NCBI RefSeq assembly: GCF_006345805.1
Contig: NC_042999.1
Span: forward strand, 151,032,001 to 151,065,000
Reading direction: 5' to 3'
Origin: Octopus sinensis
Lineage: Eukaryota
Length of the DNA: 33,000 nucleotides
Both the position numbers and the translations under genes were made by a program. The notes under the pieces were generated by a model. It saw nothing but the letters and a program-made list of their open reading frames with translations, had not been told where the DNA came from and made no database searches. Within the stretch, counting starts at the first letter, position 1. Each line of letters starts with the position of its first letter. Below are positions 1-10,630 of the stretch, one piece after another.

Positions 1-134
1 TCATCATTTTGATACCCGGCACGAATCATCGTTATACAAGTAACTCTTTTCCAATATTCAGTTTTCCATGTCACCTAACTTTTTCTCATACTGTTGACTA
101 TTCAGCAATGCCTCAATATATACACACACGTACG

Positions 135-430
135 TGGAAACACATGGCCTAGTGGTGAGAGCAGTGAACTCACGGGCGAGCGATTGCGGGTTCGAATCTC
201 AGACCGGGCGATGTGTGTGTTTATGAGCGAAACACCCAAGCTCCACGCGGCTCCGGCAGAAGGTAATGGCGATCTTCTGCTGAGTCTTTCGCAACAACTT
301 TCTCTCACTCTTTCCTCCTGCATCTTGCAGCTCACCTGTGTCTGACCGGTGTCCCGGTGGGGAACCTATACGCCAAGGAAACAGGGAAACCGGCCCTATG
401 AGCCAGGCGTGGCTCGAGAAGGATCAAACA
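135..430 (+). mobile_element. tRNA-derived SINE (family C in this window), near full length
   Basis: Pol III A box TGGCCTAGTGGT (145-156) and B box GGTTCGAATCT (189-199); 3' tail GGAAACCGGCCCTATGAGCCAGGC; second copy at 8657-8908 on the minus strand. Confidence 0.85.
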
Positions 431-722
431 ATAATAACACGCACACACATATATACACACATACACATGGAAGGTTTTTATAAGCCATTTAAAAAACACA
501 CGAAAACCGTTAGATTCACTTCAGCATTTAAATTTAATTTGTCAAAATATTTTCGCTTTGTTACCTGACAAAATTCCGTGGTGCACGCAATTTAAATGTT
601 GAAGTGAATCAAACGATTTTTTGTGTGTGTTTTAAATGGCTTATAAACATCTTCCACTCTGCAATTGATTTTGTTTCAGCACACGATCTCAGATCAAGTC
701 ACTTGCTATGCAAGTACATCTG

Positions 723-760
<38 letters not shown>

Positions 761-826
761 CCAAACATACTTATATACACGCTTATATATATGAACATAT
801 GTGTGTGTGTGTAAAATATATACGTA

Positions 827-1997
827 CGAGTTTCGGCTGAAAAGCTCATAGGCAGAGCAAGATAATCTCATGAAATCTAACCAAAAGTTTTACTTTTCAA
901 CAGTTCCCTTGTGGTCCCCACACCTCTTCCGCCGGTAATGCAGTGTTTGGATCCCATTGGTGAAGAAGCTTTCATCCTGTTGGTCAAAAAAGTCATCAAC
1001 AGTAGATATGACGTCATCATCACTGCAAAACTGGTTCCCAGCCAAGCGTTTTTTTTTTCTCATGTTGGAGAAGAGTTGATAGTCAATTGGAGCCAAATTA
1101 GGAAAATAAAAATGGTGATCAACTAGTTCAAAGCCACAGTCACGCACAGCAGCCATTGAAACCAAGGACTTGTATGTTTAGAGCATTGTCCTAATGAAAC
1201 AAAAACCCTTTCGTCAGTTTTCCTGACCGTTTGGTCTTGGTGACCTTTTGTAACTGCCTCACCATATTTGCATAGTACTCCGTTAATTGATTTCCTATTT
1301 GCTTGACACGTTCACTCAACATTCAATATTGGTATTTCCAACTCTCATTGCAAATGGCTTCTTCAGTAGATCAACCACCTATTACCTTTCACCATTTAGT
1401 AATCACGATCAATGTTTTCCCCAGTTGTGGTAGTTGCAGGATGTCCAGACCTTGGGTCATCTTCAAGACTCTTCCTTCCCCTCCTTCATTCAGCTGCGCA
1501 CGTTTGCATTATTGATAAAGATGGAGCGTCATCCCCTAATCTTTTCTACTCTAGGCACAAGGCCCGAAATTTTGCGGGAGGGGACCAGTCGATTAGATCT
1601 AACCCAGTATGCAACTGGTACTTAATTTATCGATTCCGAAAGGATAAAAGGTAAAGTCAACCTCGGCAGTATTTGAACTCAGGACGTAAAGACAGACGAA
1701 ATATCCCTAAGCATTTCGCCCGGCGTGCCAACGTTTCTGCCAGCTCTCCTAATATAGATACCATGTCTATAGAAATGTTCTTGGGAGGTAAAGACTTTTC
1801 TGTTGGTACTAGATAACACCACGATGCCAAATTTTGTCTATTTTCAAGAGAAGTCGCTACTAGTTATTTTAAAAGTCAAATGTCAGCTTATCTGGAAAGA
1901 AAGAATGCAGTTGTTAATGAGATGGGTTGATGCTAGATTTCACAGCTCTAGCATCACTCCTTCATAGTTAGACTATGTTGTTTTCAATTCGCCGTCG
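827..1997 (-). mobile_element. Decayed mariner (DD34D) DNA transposon, internally deleted, interrupted by a SINE
   Basis: TA-flanked degenerate TIRs (TA|CGAGTTTCGGCTGAAAAGCTCATAG and rc TA|CGACGGCGAATTGAAAACAACATAG). Minus-strand translations: IDKIWHRGVI*Y, DMVSILGDDAP, KSLEDDPRSGHPATTTTGENIDR, EYYANMVRQL...GFLFH*DNA, HHFYFPNLAPIDYQLF (YSPDLAPSDY-like), ending GTVEK; stops and frameshifts throughout. Confidence 0.92.
1541..1747 (-). mobile_element. tRNA-like SINE family A, monomer, nested in the mariner
   Basis: Matches the family A head GAGCTGGCAGAAACGTT and tail GGCCTTGTGCCTAGAGTAGAAAAG; 6-bp target duplication CCTAAT (1535-1540 and 1748-1753) splits the mariner ORF. Confidence 0.9.
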
Positions 1998-2039
1998 TAT
2001 GTGTATAATATATATATATTTTTTTTTGTGCCCTTTTTA

Positions 2040-2250
2040 TTAAAGCCTAGCCAGGCTCATGGGCCCGGTTTCCCGGTTTTTATGGAGTATGTGTTCCCCA
2101 GCTGAACGGGACGCCAGTCCATCGCAGCGCTACTCATTTTTGCCAGCTGAGTGGACTGGAGCAACGTAAAATGTTTTGCTCAAGAACACAACGCGTCGCA
2201 CGGTCCAGGAATCATAGTGCTGACACCATAACCACTAAGCCACACTCCTC

Positions 2251-2252
<2 letters not shown>
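2040..2252 (-). mobile_element. tRNA-derived SINE family D
   Basis: rc begins TGGAGGAGTGTGGCTTAGTGGTTA (A box); central GCGATGGACTGGCGTCCCGTTCAG; 3' GGAAACCGGGCCCATGAGCCTGGC; related diverged copy at 19125-19365. Confidence 0.75.
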
Positions 2253-2293
<41 letters not shown>

Positions 2294-2990
2294 AAAATGC
2301 ATACGTACGCACTTACATGTGTGTGTGTGTTTAATAATAGTTTGGTTCGGCTCGATGTAGCTTAAAGATTCCTCAGCCTGACGAGATAGGTTCAATGTGC
2401 GAGCCAACGAAACTAAGTTGCATGGAGCCTAATCAAACTGTTATCAAATAAATGATATATGTAACTCCTACCGAATGTGTCAAGCGCTATTTTTCCATTG
2501 TCCATTCACTCGTGTAAACATACACACTCGTACGCACATATATGGATATATACAAACATGTGTGTGTATGTGTGTATAATGGTTGCACTCCGACGAACGA
2601 CCAGAGTAACAGGTCACTAGGCTAGTATAAATGCTTTCCCACAATCTCCATTTGTATTGAGTATTCTAGTTCGCTACCTTGCAGTGGAAGTGTATGTGTG
2701 TGCACGTGTGTGTGTGTGTGTGTGTGTGCGCGCACATATACTCCCAGCTACTCATATACACACAAACAGCGAGAGAGAGAGCTGTATTGGTACTGATTGT
2801 GACTACCAACGTTATGGCTCACAGGAAATTAACTAAGAGGAGTGCTGTACACAAACTATAAATATGCTAGAGTTTCACTTGCATAGTGAATAAAAAGAAA
2901 ACTCGTATCAATGAAGATTATCCCAATAATTAGTAAACAGAAACTTCCAGTCTTGTTTGAAATAGAGTATTTTTTAAAAAAAGCGATAAA

Positions 2991-3130
2991 CGACGATGTG
3001 GTAAGAAGTTTGCTTCCTAATCACATGGTCTCGGGATTGCACCTTGGACAAGTGTCTTCTGCTGTAGCCCCGAGCCAACTAAAACCTAAGTGGATCTGAT
3101 AAACGGAAACTGAAAAAAACCCCGTCGTAT
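2991..3130 (+). mobile_element. Diverged 5' half of SINE family B
   Basis: GTGGTAAGAAGTTTGCTTCC...CACCTTGGACAAGTGTCTTCT...ACGGAAACTGAAA..CCCGTCGTATA aligns with copies at 25511 and 26032. Confidence 0.7.
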
Positions 3131-3200
3131 ATACATACATGCACACACGCGTGTCCGCACACATATACGTTATTTTGTTATTTTAACCAGAATAGTTTTG

Positions 3201-3245
3201 ACAGTGAGTTCGAAGTTTCGACCAGCTAAGCCATCATCAGACTGT
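3201..3245 (-). ncRNA. Minimal type I hammerhead ribozyme-like motif
   Basis: rc ACAGT-CUGAUGA-U-GGCU(UAGCU)GGUC-GAAA-CUUCGAAC-UC-ACUGU: perfect 5-bp stem I, intact core, near-palindromic stem III, with one C:C mismatch next to the cleavage triplet. Confidence 0.7.
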
Positions 3246-3338
3246 GGTTCATTTTGTCTCTGTTAAGTCAAAACATTTCTAGGGTAAGCTGAGCTGTGTT
3301 GAATGATTATTAGCTGTATGGCAGACTGTGATGGGGAG

Positions 3339-3832
3339 GTGTATAAACCTTTGTAATTATTTGTGTTATTTCGGTACTGCAGTTTTTAGGAGGTGGAGAT
3401 TTTAAGGTTCTCAAAAGAATGTAAGGAATGTTGTCCATAAGTCCGAAAAAAGCACACTACAAAAAAAAAAAATATATATTGGGGGTTATGTTATTGTTCA
3501 GAATTTATTCATACATTTAATCAGGTGTGTCTATTTAAGTGTACTCTCCTCAGGTCATAGGGGTTCACAAAAGAATGGTGAACGGTGTTTGTTAGTAAGT
3601 AGATGTGTCACTGGGTTTAGTTGCTAGTTTTATTTGGATATTGAGGATATATTTGACAGTTTATTTTGGGAATGCGAAGGTTAAAACTCAGAGGTCAGTC
3701 AGTGTATAAACCTTTGTAATTATTTGTGTTATTTCGGTACTGCAGCTTTTAGGAAGTGGAGATTTCAAGGTTCTCAAAAGAATGTAAGGAATGTTGTCCA
3801 TAAGTCCGAAAAAAGTACACTACAAAAAAAAA
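3339..3832 (+). repeat. ~131-bp direct repeat pair (3339-3472 and 3702-3832)
   Basis: GTGTATAAACCTTTGTAATT...CACTACAAAAAAAAA present twice, with 4 substitutions counted. Confidence 0.92.
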
Positions 3833-4824
3833 GATTAAGCAGTTTTATTTTATGTAGTCGAGTAGTATGTCTTTTGTTATGGCATATAACCGGACAGAAA
3901 GCAACCATTGGTTTCACGTCTGCTATTGCACTTGGTAATATAGGTGACTCATTAGACAGGCTTGTTGGAAGCACATAGCTACGTGCTTGCTGCCGAAAGT
4001 TTCACGTATTGATAAGTGCCAACGTTGGGAATTCTTGGCCCTTGAGTCACTCTCTAACTTCTGCAGATTATTATATCATCACGCATTTTAAAGTGCAAGT
4101 ATGGACACTAAAAAACGACTGAAACGTCACTTAGGCAAAAGAAAAAAGAACTTAATATGATTGCACAAGGATTAAAATGTGAATATTCTATGTGTATACT
4201 CTGTTTTCGTTAAACTAATAATTATATGCATATAAGTGTGTATGTATGTATGTATAAATATAAACGTGTGTGTGTGGGGGGGGGCATCGTCCGTTTTTCT
4301 GTCCTTGTTTCGTATACATTCGATCCTTTTTCCAAGAAATCTAATGCTCGTAGCTTAGTTTTTCCTTGGGGCTGGCCGGATCGGAGCGATCTCAAGATTA
4401 ATCAGCCGAAATTGCGAGGATGGTCCGGTTCTTGACTGAAGATTGAAGGCTTCGAATGTCCCGTCCGTGTTTTTTGTAGTGTCTTCTAAATGTTTTACGT
4501 ACTTGTCCCAGTTTGTATTTTTCTACATATAATATATATATATATATATATGTGTGTGTGTAAATACGCACAAACACACACACACCTGTGTATATATTTC
4601 CCAAAATAGTTTCAAAGGGATATATAATCCTGGCGGTTACCGTGTTTCCCCTTAAATCGATTTTAAATGTCGGCTAACCATAGTGAATGTTGAAACGCAC
4701 GAAGGTCCACGAAAAAAACAAGCTATAAATAACAGTAAATAACTGTTTAATAAAATTGTGGATGTGGAAAATCTCCGTTCCCCTGACCATTATGAACATG
4801 TCTGTGTGTATGTATGTATGTATG

Positions 4825-4876
<52 letters not shown>

Positions 4877-5264
4877 CACGCGCGCGCACTGTTTCGAACT
4901 TTGAATTGTATCGAACAAATAAGAGAACAGTGTTCAGTACATGTCGTAGACTATATGATTTATTGGAACTGAATGTTTATATCCTGACTAAAATTTCATA
5001 TCACAAAGCGATTTTTAAGAGAGAACAGTTCCCGACTTATGATTTTGGTGGCATGAAACTCGTGACGCAAATTAAATATTCAGTCTCTAAAGCTCCCCAC
5101 TACATGCATATATATTAAGATTTTCGAAATTTTGATGCAGTCACAATATTTGAAAAAAAATTTAATGAAATTAAAAATGATTAAGTTTGTAAATTAGATA
5201 AGATGACGAATGACATAAACCTTGTGGAAAGAAGTTTACGTATCGTCTAAGTGCTTCCACTTGT

Positions 5265-5495
5265 TTTAGCTATTCAAACACTTGTGTGTTAGATGCTGAG
5301 TTTAAAGGAAGGGACAGTGCTCATGATCCTTGTAAGTGCTGTGAAGGGAGGAGATTTTAGAAGGTGGATGATCTGGGGAAGAGATGACTGCACATATCGG
5401 CAAGTTTGTGGCTGGGGTGCATGTGTTTGGATGCAATAGGATAGACGAACGATTCGAGGCTTACTGAATGGTGGTGAGTCATCAGCGTACTCTGT
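5265..5495 (-). mobile_element. L2/CR1-like LINE relic (RT core joined to ORF2 end)
   Basis: Minus-strand YADDS (5475-5489), and ~120 nt further on FPRSSTF*NLLP, resembling the C-terminal FPRT..LWNSLP motif of CR1/L2-group ORF2. Confidence 0.5.
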
Positions 5496-5567
5496 AGTAG
5501 CGACAGAAAAAGAGAAAGAAACAGACGCGATATACCTGTGGGCCAGAGGCTAGAAGACGATGTATTA

Positions 5568-5777
5568 TTACTCTTTTACTTGTTTCAGTCATTTGACTGT
5601 GGCCATGCTGGAGCACCGCCTTTAGTCGAGCAAATCGACCCCGGGACTTATTCTTTGTAAGCCCAGTACTTATTCTATCGGTCTCTTTTGCCGAACCGCT
5701 AAGTGACGGGGACGTAAACACACCAGCATCGGTTGTCAAGCAATGCTAGAGAGACAAACACAGACACACAAACACAT

Positions 5778-5861
<84 letters not shown>

Positions 5862-6004
5862 GACAGGCTTCTTTCAGTTTCCGTCAACCAAATCCACTCA
5901 CAAGGCTTTGGTCGGCCCGAGGCTATAGCAGAAGACACTTGCCCAAGATGCCACGCAGTGGGACTGAACCCGGAACCATGTGGTTGGTTAGCAATCTACC
6001 ACAG
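5568..6004 (-). mobile_element. SINE family B with internal (TA)n/(CA)n microsatellite
   Basis: rc matches the family B consensus: head with GGTTCCGGGTTCAGTCCC, CORE-like CTTGGGCAAGTGTCTTCT, microsatellite after ...GAAGCCTGTCG, tail ...GACTGAAACAAGTAAAAGAG. Confidence 0.9.
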
Positions 6005-6159
6005 TATGTATTCATATACTGAAGTAAATATGTAAGACATGAGAAATTTTCCTGAGGATGTCTTCTGCATAATGCGAATTTAGTTAAGTGGTGGGAGGCT
6101 AACATGCTTTATTTAGTGAGTCTCCAGTTATACATAATATGTATGATAGGGCCTATAAC

Positions 6160-6490
6160 TGGGAGATTAAGGAGTCTCTCCCGGTCGAACCGCTACTTCT
6201 CCGCATTGAGAGGTCCAGTTTTGGTACAACGAACATGTGATTAGAATTTCGCAGAAAAGAATTACAAGATGGATTCTTCAAGCCGAGCCAATCGGCAGGA
6301 GATATATGGGTAGACCAAGAACGCGTTGGTTGGATAATAATCATTGTCTCAGTTGGTTACGCTTGGAAATCCAGCCGGAATGTCTTATGTCGTTTGCTTC
6401 TGATAGAACCCCATAAAAGAGATGCCTGAGGGCTCTACTTCCATGACTCTCACAGGAACCGTGGATAGATGGAATGTATGATTGTATGTT
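6160..6490 (+). mobile_element. 3' end of an RTE-clade LINE (Expander/Rex3-like ORF2 C-terminus)
   Basis: Translates (one frameshift) EIKESLPVEPLLLRIERS/QFWYNEHVIRI...GRRYMGRPRTRWLD...LRALLP* (stop 6444-6446), followed by a short tail. Confidence 0.8.
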
Positions 6491-6496
6491 AGTTTC

Positions 6497-6599
6497 AGGT
6501 GGTCGATCTCTTGAAGAAGTCATTTGCAACGAGAGCGGGAAATGCAGATATTGAATGTTGAGTAAACGTGTCAAGCAAATAGGAAATCAATTAACGGAG
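6497..6599 (+). repeat. 103-bp segment with an inverted copy inside the mariner (1278-1380)
   Basis: Ungapped alignment, 92/103 identical by manual count. Confidence 0.9.
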
Positions 6600-7066
6600 A
6601 GCTAGGCGACTGCCAATCAATCAGTATTTATTTTGCGTTCCAATATAATCACCACCTGGAGTAGACTTTAACTTTTCTCACACCGTGTCAAAATAGCCAA
6701 GTCTAAAAAGCTCTTGGGAAATTTCGCTGCTGGAGTTCATGTTTTGTAATTCAATTAGCTTCCTGAACCAATGACACACTGCACACATCCATTGAAGGAA
6801 ACTATAATTTCAGACGGAGATTATGAAAGTGATAGGAAACAATCAATCAAAGGTAATTCACAAGAGCTTCAATTATCTATAATTGATCACACTCGTATCG
6901 CTGCTCCTATCATTAAAGAAAACAATATGAACGTTACAATATTCTATAAACTTCTTTCCTATAAATTAGAAGATTGTGTTTAGTTAAAAGGCACCGATAT
7001 GATTACTATCAAAACAGTCTAGTTATTTATTATTTAGTTATTTTCATATGATTGATTTTTATTATG

Positions 7067-7067
<1 letters not shown>

Positions 7068-7117
<50 letters not shown>

Positions 7118-7128
7118 CATATATATAT

Positions 7129-7167
<39 letters not shown>

Positions 7168-7244
7168 CATATATATATACATATATATATACACACACAT
7201 ATATATATACACACACATATATATATACACACACATATATATAT

Positions 7245-7300
<56 letters not shown>
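7068..7300. repeat. Compound (TA)n/(CA)n microsatellite with 18-bp higher-order units
   Basis: Direct reading; explains the MCVYIY repeat ORFs. Confidence 0.95.
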
Positions 7301-7302
<2 letters not shown>

Positions 7303-8010
7303 TTAATACTATATTATATATATTATACTATAAAACACGACGGCTTAGCGTTGCCGTTTTATTTTAATGCTGATCGTTGTTTTCATTATAGATGTCTCTG
7401 GGTGTATCCCGTCTATATTTTAGTGCTCTAAAGATAGTGCTTTGGGCTTGCAAGCTGTGTTCAATATCTTAAAAGACTAATGTAAATATTGTTACGTATG
7501 ATTATTCAGTTACGTATATCTTTCAAGTGAGAGATGAAAGTAAGAAAATTAGTTTGTTTTAATAGTTAATAAAACTCAACTTTTAAAAATCCAGGGTTTG
7601 TAGGGAAATTCATTTAAACATAAAATGTGCTTCGTCGTGAAAAAAGTTAGGAAACCCTGCTCTAATGATTACCGGCGTATGAAGACGGATTTCATCTAAC
7701 ATCTGATCTGTCTCTGCCTTGTACGACCTTCTCATTGTTGCTTCTGACCACACATGTTCACAAATTTATATGCGACCAAACCACCTCTCATACGCCGTTT
7801 TCATGGAAAGACACCTTAAAAACATCTCCCAACTAGACATGACAAACACAGTTTTTAGTAGTATTAAGATACAATCGCTGCACATTTTAAGGAAACGTCA
7901 CTCGTTACACGAAGAACACACAGCTAATCGCTACAAATGGTGGGTGCCATACAAAGAGAAACACTACATCAATCCTGAAACCCAGATCAGAATACTAGTT
8001 CACATATATT

Positions 8011-8409
8011 TTTCTTTTCTACTCTAGGCACAAGGCCCGAAATTTTGGGGGAGGGGCCAGTCGATTACATCGACCCCAGTACACAACTGGTACTTAATTT
8101 ATCAACCTCGAAAGGATGAAAGGCAAAGTCGACCTCGGCGGAATTTGAACTCAGAACGTAGCGACAGACGAAATACCTATTTCTTTACTACTCACAAGGG
8201 GCTAAACACAGAAGGGACAAACAAGGGCAGACAAACGGATTAAGTCGATTATATCGACCCCAGTGCGTAACTGGTAATTATTTAATCGACCCCGAAAGGA
8301 TGGAAGGCAAAGTCGACCTCGTCGGAATTTGAACTCAGAACGTAACGGCAGACGAAATACCGCTAAGAATTTCGCCCGGCGTGCTAACGTTTCTGCCAGC
8401 TCGCCGCCT
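8011..8409 (-). mobile_element. SINE family A, dimeric form, with target-site duplication
   Basis: Two GTTCTGAGTTCAAATTCCG modules joined by a fixed linker; flanks ACTAGTTCACATATAT (7994-8009) and ACTGGCTCACATATAT (8411-8426), 14/16 identical. Confidence 0.92.
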
Positions 8410-8656
8410 TACTGGCTCACATATATGGGACGACAAAGCTGATATCTTTTGAACATTGATATCTTTGAACGGATCACAAAGATGACCATTCGACTTACTG
8501 TCCAAGACTTACTCATCAATATACTACAATGGCTCATAAACATCTCGTTTATGAGCCATATTGGAAAAAAAACAACACATGCGCGTGCACGTTTGAATGC
8601 TGTAGAAACATGAAACACTCAAGAGAAGTAAGTATTGTGTGTGCAGATGTATGCAT

Positions 8657-8908
8657 GTTGTTTGTTCCTTCTCGAGCCACGCCTGGCTCATTAGGGCCGG
8701 TTTCCTTGATGTATAGGTGAGCTGCAAGATGCAGGAGGAAAGAGTGAGAGAAAGTCGTGGCGAAAGAGTCAGCAGAAGTTCGTCATTACCTTCTGCCGGA
8801 GCCGCGTGGAGTTAGGTGGTTCGCTCAATAAACACACACCACGACCGGTCTGAGATTCGAACTCGCGATCCCACGACCGCTAGTCCGCTGCTCTAACCAC
8901 TAGGCCAC
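8657..8908 (-). mobile_element. SINE family C copy with internal deletion
   Basis: rc aligns with 135-430; A box GTGGCCTAGTGGTT and B box AGTTCGAATCTC. Confidence 0.85.
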
Positions 8909-9039
8909 TAGGTATAAATGAGTACCGGCAATTGTTAGAATAAGAGCACTTTTCCATGGTGAGATAAATTCACATAATGAAGTGAACAGATATATTCTTA
9001 TCACGTGATTTCGAACTTTGGCCATTATATGTTGGGAGA

Positions 9040-9208
9040 TAGACACAAACACAAACACACACATATCATACGATGGGCTTCTTTCAGTTTCCGTCTACCA
9101 AATCCAGTCACAAGGCTTTGGTCGGCCCGTGGCTATAGTAGAAGACACCCAAGGTGCCACACAGTGGGGCTGAATCCGGAACCATGTGGTTGGTAAGCAA
9201 GCTACTTT
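9040..9208 (-). mobile_element. SINE family B, 5' half
   Basis: rc GTAGCTTGCTTACCAACCACATGGTTCCGG...GAAACTGAAAGAAGCCC. Confidence 0.85.
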
Positions 9209-9420
9209 ATTTCATGAAAATTCACCATAAAAGCGTTACATAGAGGGGAATACAAATACAGACAAATATATAGGGTGTAGTAGCTTAAAAGGTTTTAGTA
9301 TTTACAATATAATGTGTACAATATTTACAATATAGAGTTTACAAATTTAATATTACACAGTAGGGCAAGGAACCCAGCCATCTGGGTAGAACCTTTACTT
9401 CTTGATCCGGCCACACTTAC

Positions 9421-9501
9421 CTGGTGTCAAGTATACCCAGCTTGCAAGCTACAGATTTCCATCTTTTCATAAACATATCTCGTGACGCCACACAACCAGT
9501 C
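9421..9501 (-). other. Candidate 81-bp exon (phase 2-2)
   Basis: Consensus donor AG|GTAAGT; open frame TGCVASRDMFMKRWKSVACKLGILDT; the acceptor lacks a pyrimidine tract and overlaps SINE-head-like sequence. Confidence 0.2.
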
Positions 9502-9508
9502 CTGCGTC

Positions 9509-9556
<48 letters not shown>

Positions 9557-9560
<4 letters not shown>

Positions 9561-9824
9561 GTAGACGGAAACTGAAAGAAGCCTGTCGGATATATGTATA
9601 TATATGTATGTGTGTGTATATTTGTGTGTCTGTGTTTGTCCCCCTAGCATTGCTTGACAACCGATGCTGGTGTGTTTATGTCCCCGTCACTTAGCGGTTC
9701 GGCAAAAGAGACCGATATAATAAGTACTGGGCTTACAAAGAATAAGTCCCGGGGTCGATTTGCTCGACTAAAAGGCGGTGCTCCAGCATGGCCGCAGTCA
9801 AATGACTGAAACAAGTAAAAGAGT
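9557..9824 (+). mobile_element. SINE family B, 5'-truncated
   Basis: TTTGGTAGACGGAAACTGAAAGAAGCC...GACTGAAACAAGTAAAAGAG, aligns with the other copies. Confidence 0.9.
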
Positions 9825-9927
9825 ATATACATACACATACTTGTGTGTGTGTGTGTGATAAAATGAAGTGAAATGACATTGTAAACAATGAACGGAAAAG
9901 GACAATTAGACATGGAACACCTCTCAC

Positions 9928-10063
9928 CTATCATGGCACCAAAATCAACTTAGATTCGGTGCGCTCAGGTGTCCGGAGGCTTAATCGCAAGGATCTCCTC
10001 CTCCGCTTGCGCCAGTCTTGGTAATGCATCACTAATGTGGTGGAAGCCATTGCAAAGAATTAT
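9928..10063 (-). other. Candidate exon
   Basis: Long pyrimidine tract then TTTAAG| acceptor; donor AG|GTGAGA; GC-richer than flanks; phase 0 gives IILCNGFHHISDALPRLAQAEEEILAIKPPDT*, phase 1 gives (D)NSLQWLPPH*. Confidence 0.35.
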
Positions 10064-10334
10064 CTTAAAGCATGAGCGGCAACAATGTACGAACGAGAGG
10101 GAAAGCTAAGGCTAAAGATGTTATAACAGAGTCAAGTGGAATAGAAAACGAGTGTTTTCCTTTGATTTGGAACAGAAAACACCAACCAGAGAGAAAGATA
10201 GTGTTGATGAAGGAATGCGAACGTGATTTTCGTCGGTGTAGATGTTAGATGAAGGGTGGGGTGAGAGATGGACAGAAAGACAAGATAGAGGGAGTAGGAA
10301 ACAAGCGGAAAAAAATCAAAGAGAACGGATAGCA

Positions 10335-10369
10335 CGTGCGCGCACACACGCACACACACACAGGTGCGC

Positions 10370-10410
<41 letters not shown>

Positions 10411-10630
10411 CACACATACATACGCACACATACGCACGCGCTCTCGCACGCACACAAATAAACACGCACGCACACACACGCACACATACACACGCACACG
10501 CAAGCATGCGCGCTTGCACGCACGCACGTACACATACAGGCGCGCGCGTACATGCACACACACATACACGCACATACATACATACATACATACATACACG
10601 CACACACACGCACACACACACACACTCACA
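10335..10630. repeat. Compound (CA)n/(CG)/(TACA)n microsatellite
   Basis: Direct reading. Confidence 0.95.

Larger units (their letters stand above)
3190..4010 (-). mobile_element. Degraded Penelope-like element relic
   Basis: Minus-strand NIQIKLATKPSDTSTY (KPSDTSTY at 3595-3618) resembles the PLE RT motif KPTDTHTYL; internal ~131-bp direct repeat; terminal hammerhead-like motif; boundaries approximate. Confidence 0.5.

Noticed and set aside
1-94. Possible Tc1-like terminus (rc CAGTATGAGAAAAAAGTT), loosely similar to 6670-6687
   Set aside because: Cut by the window edge; no partner TIR or coding remnant visible
2350-2415. CTGACGA...GGTTC(AATGTGC)GAGCC...GAAAC hammerhead-like string
   Set aside because: No NUH cleavage triplet in register and no stem I; at best a remnant
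7392-7482. Plus-strand frame DVSGCIPSIF*CSKDSALGLQAVFNILKD* after an acceptor-like TTATAG, with one TAG that A-to-I editing could recode to Trp
   Set aside because: Short, no recognised homology, no other support; readily explained by chance
7668-7810. Minus-strand frame MRRSYKAETDQMLDEIRLHTP with donor-like G|GTAATC
   Set aside because: In-frame stop upstream, weak acceptor, and it does not fit the other candidate exons
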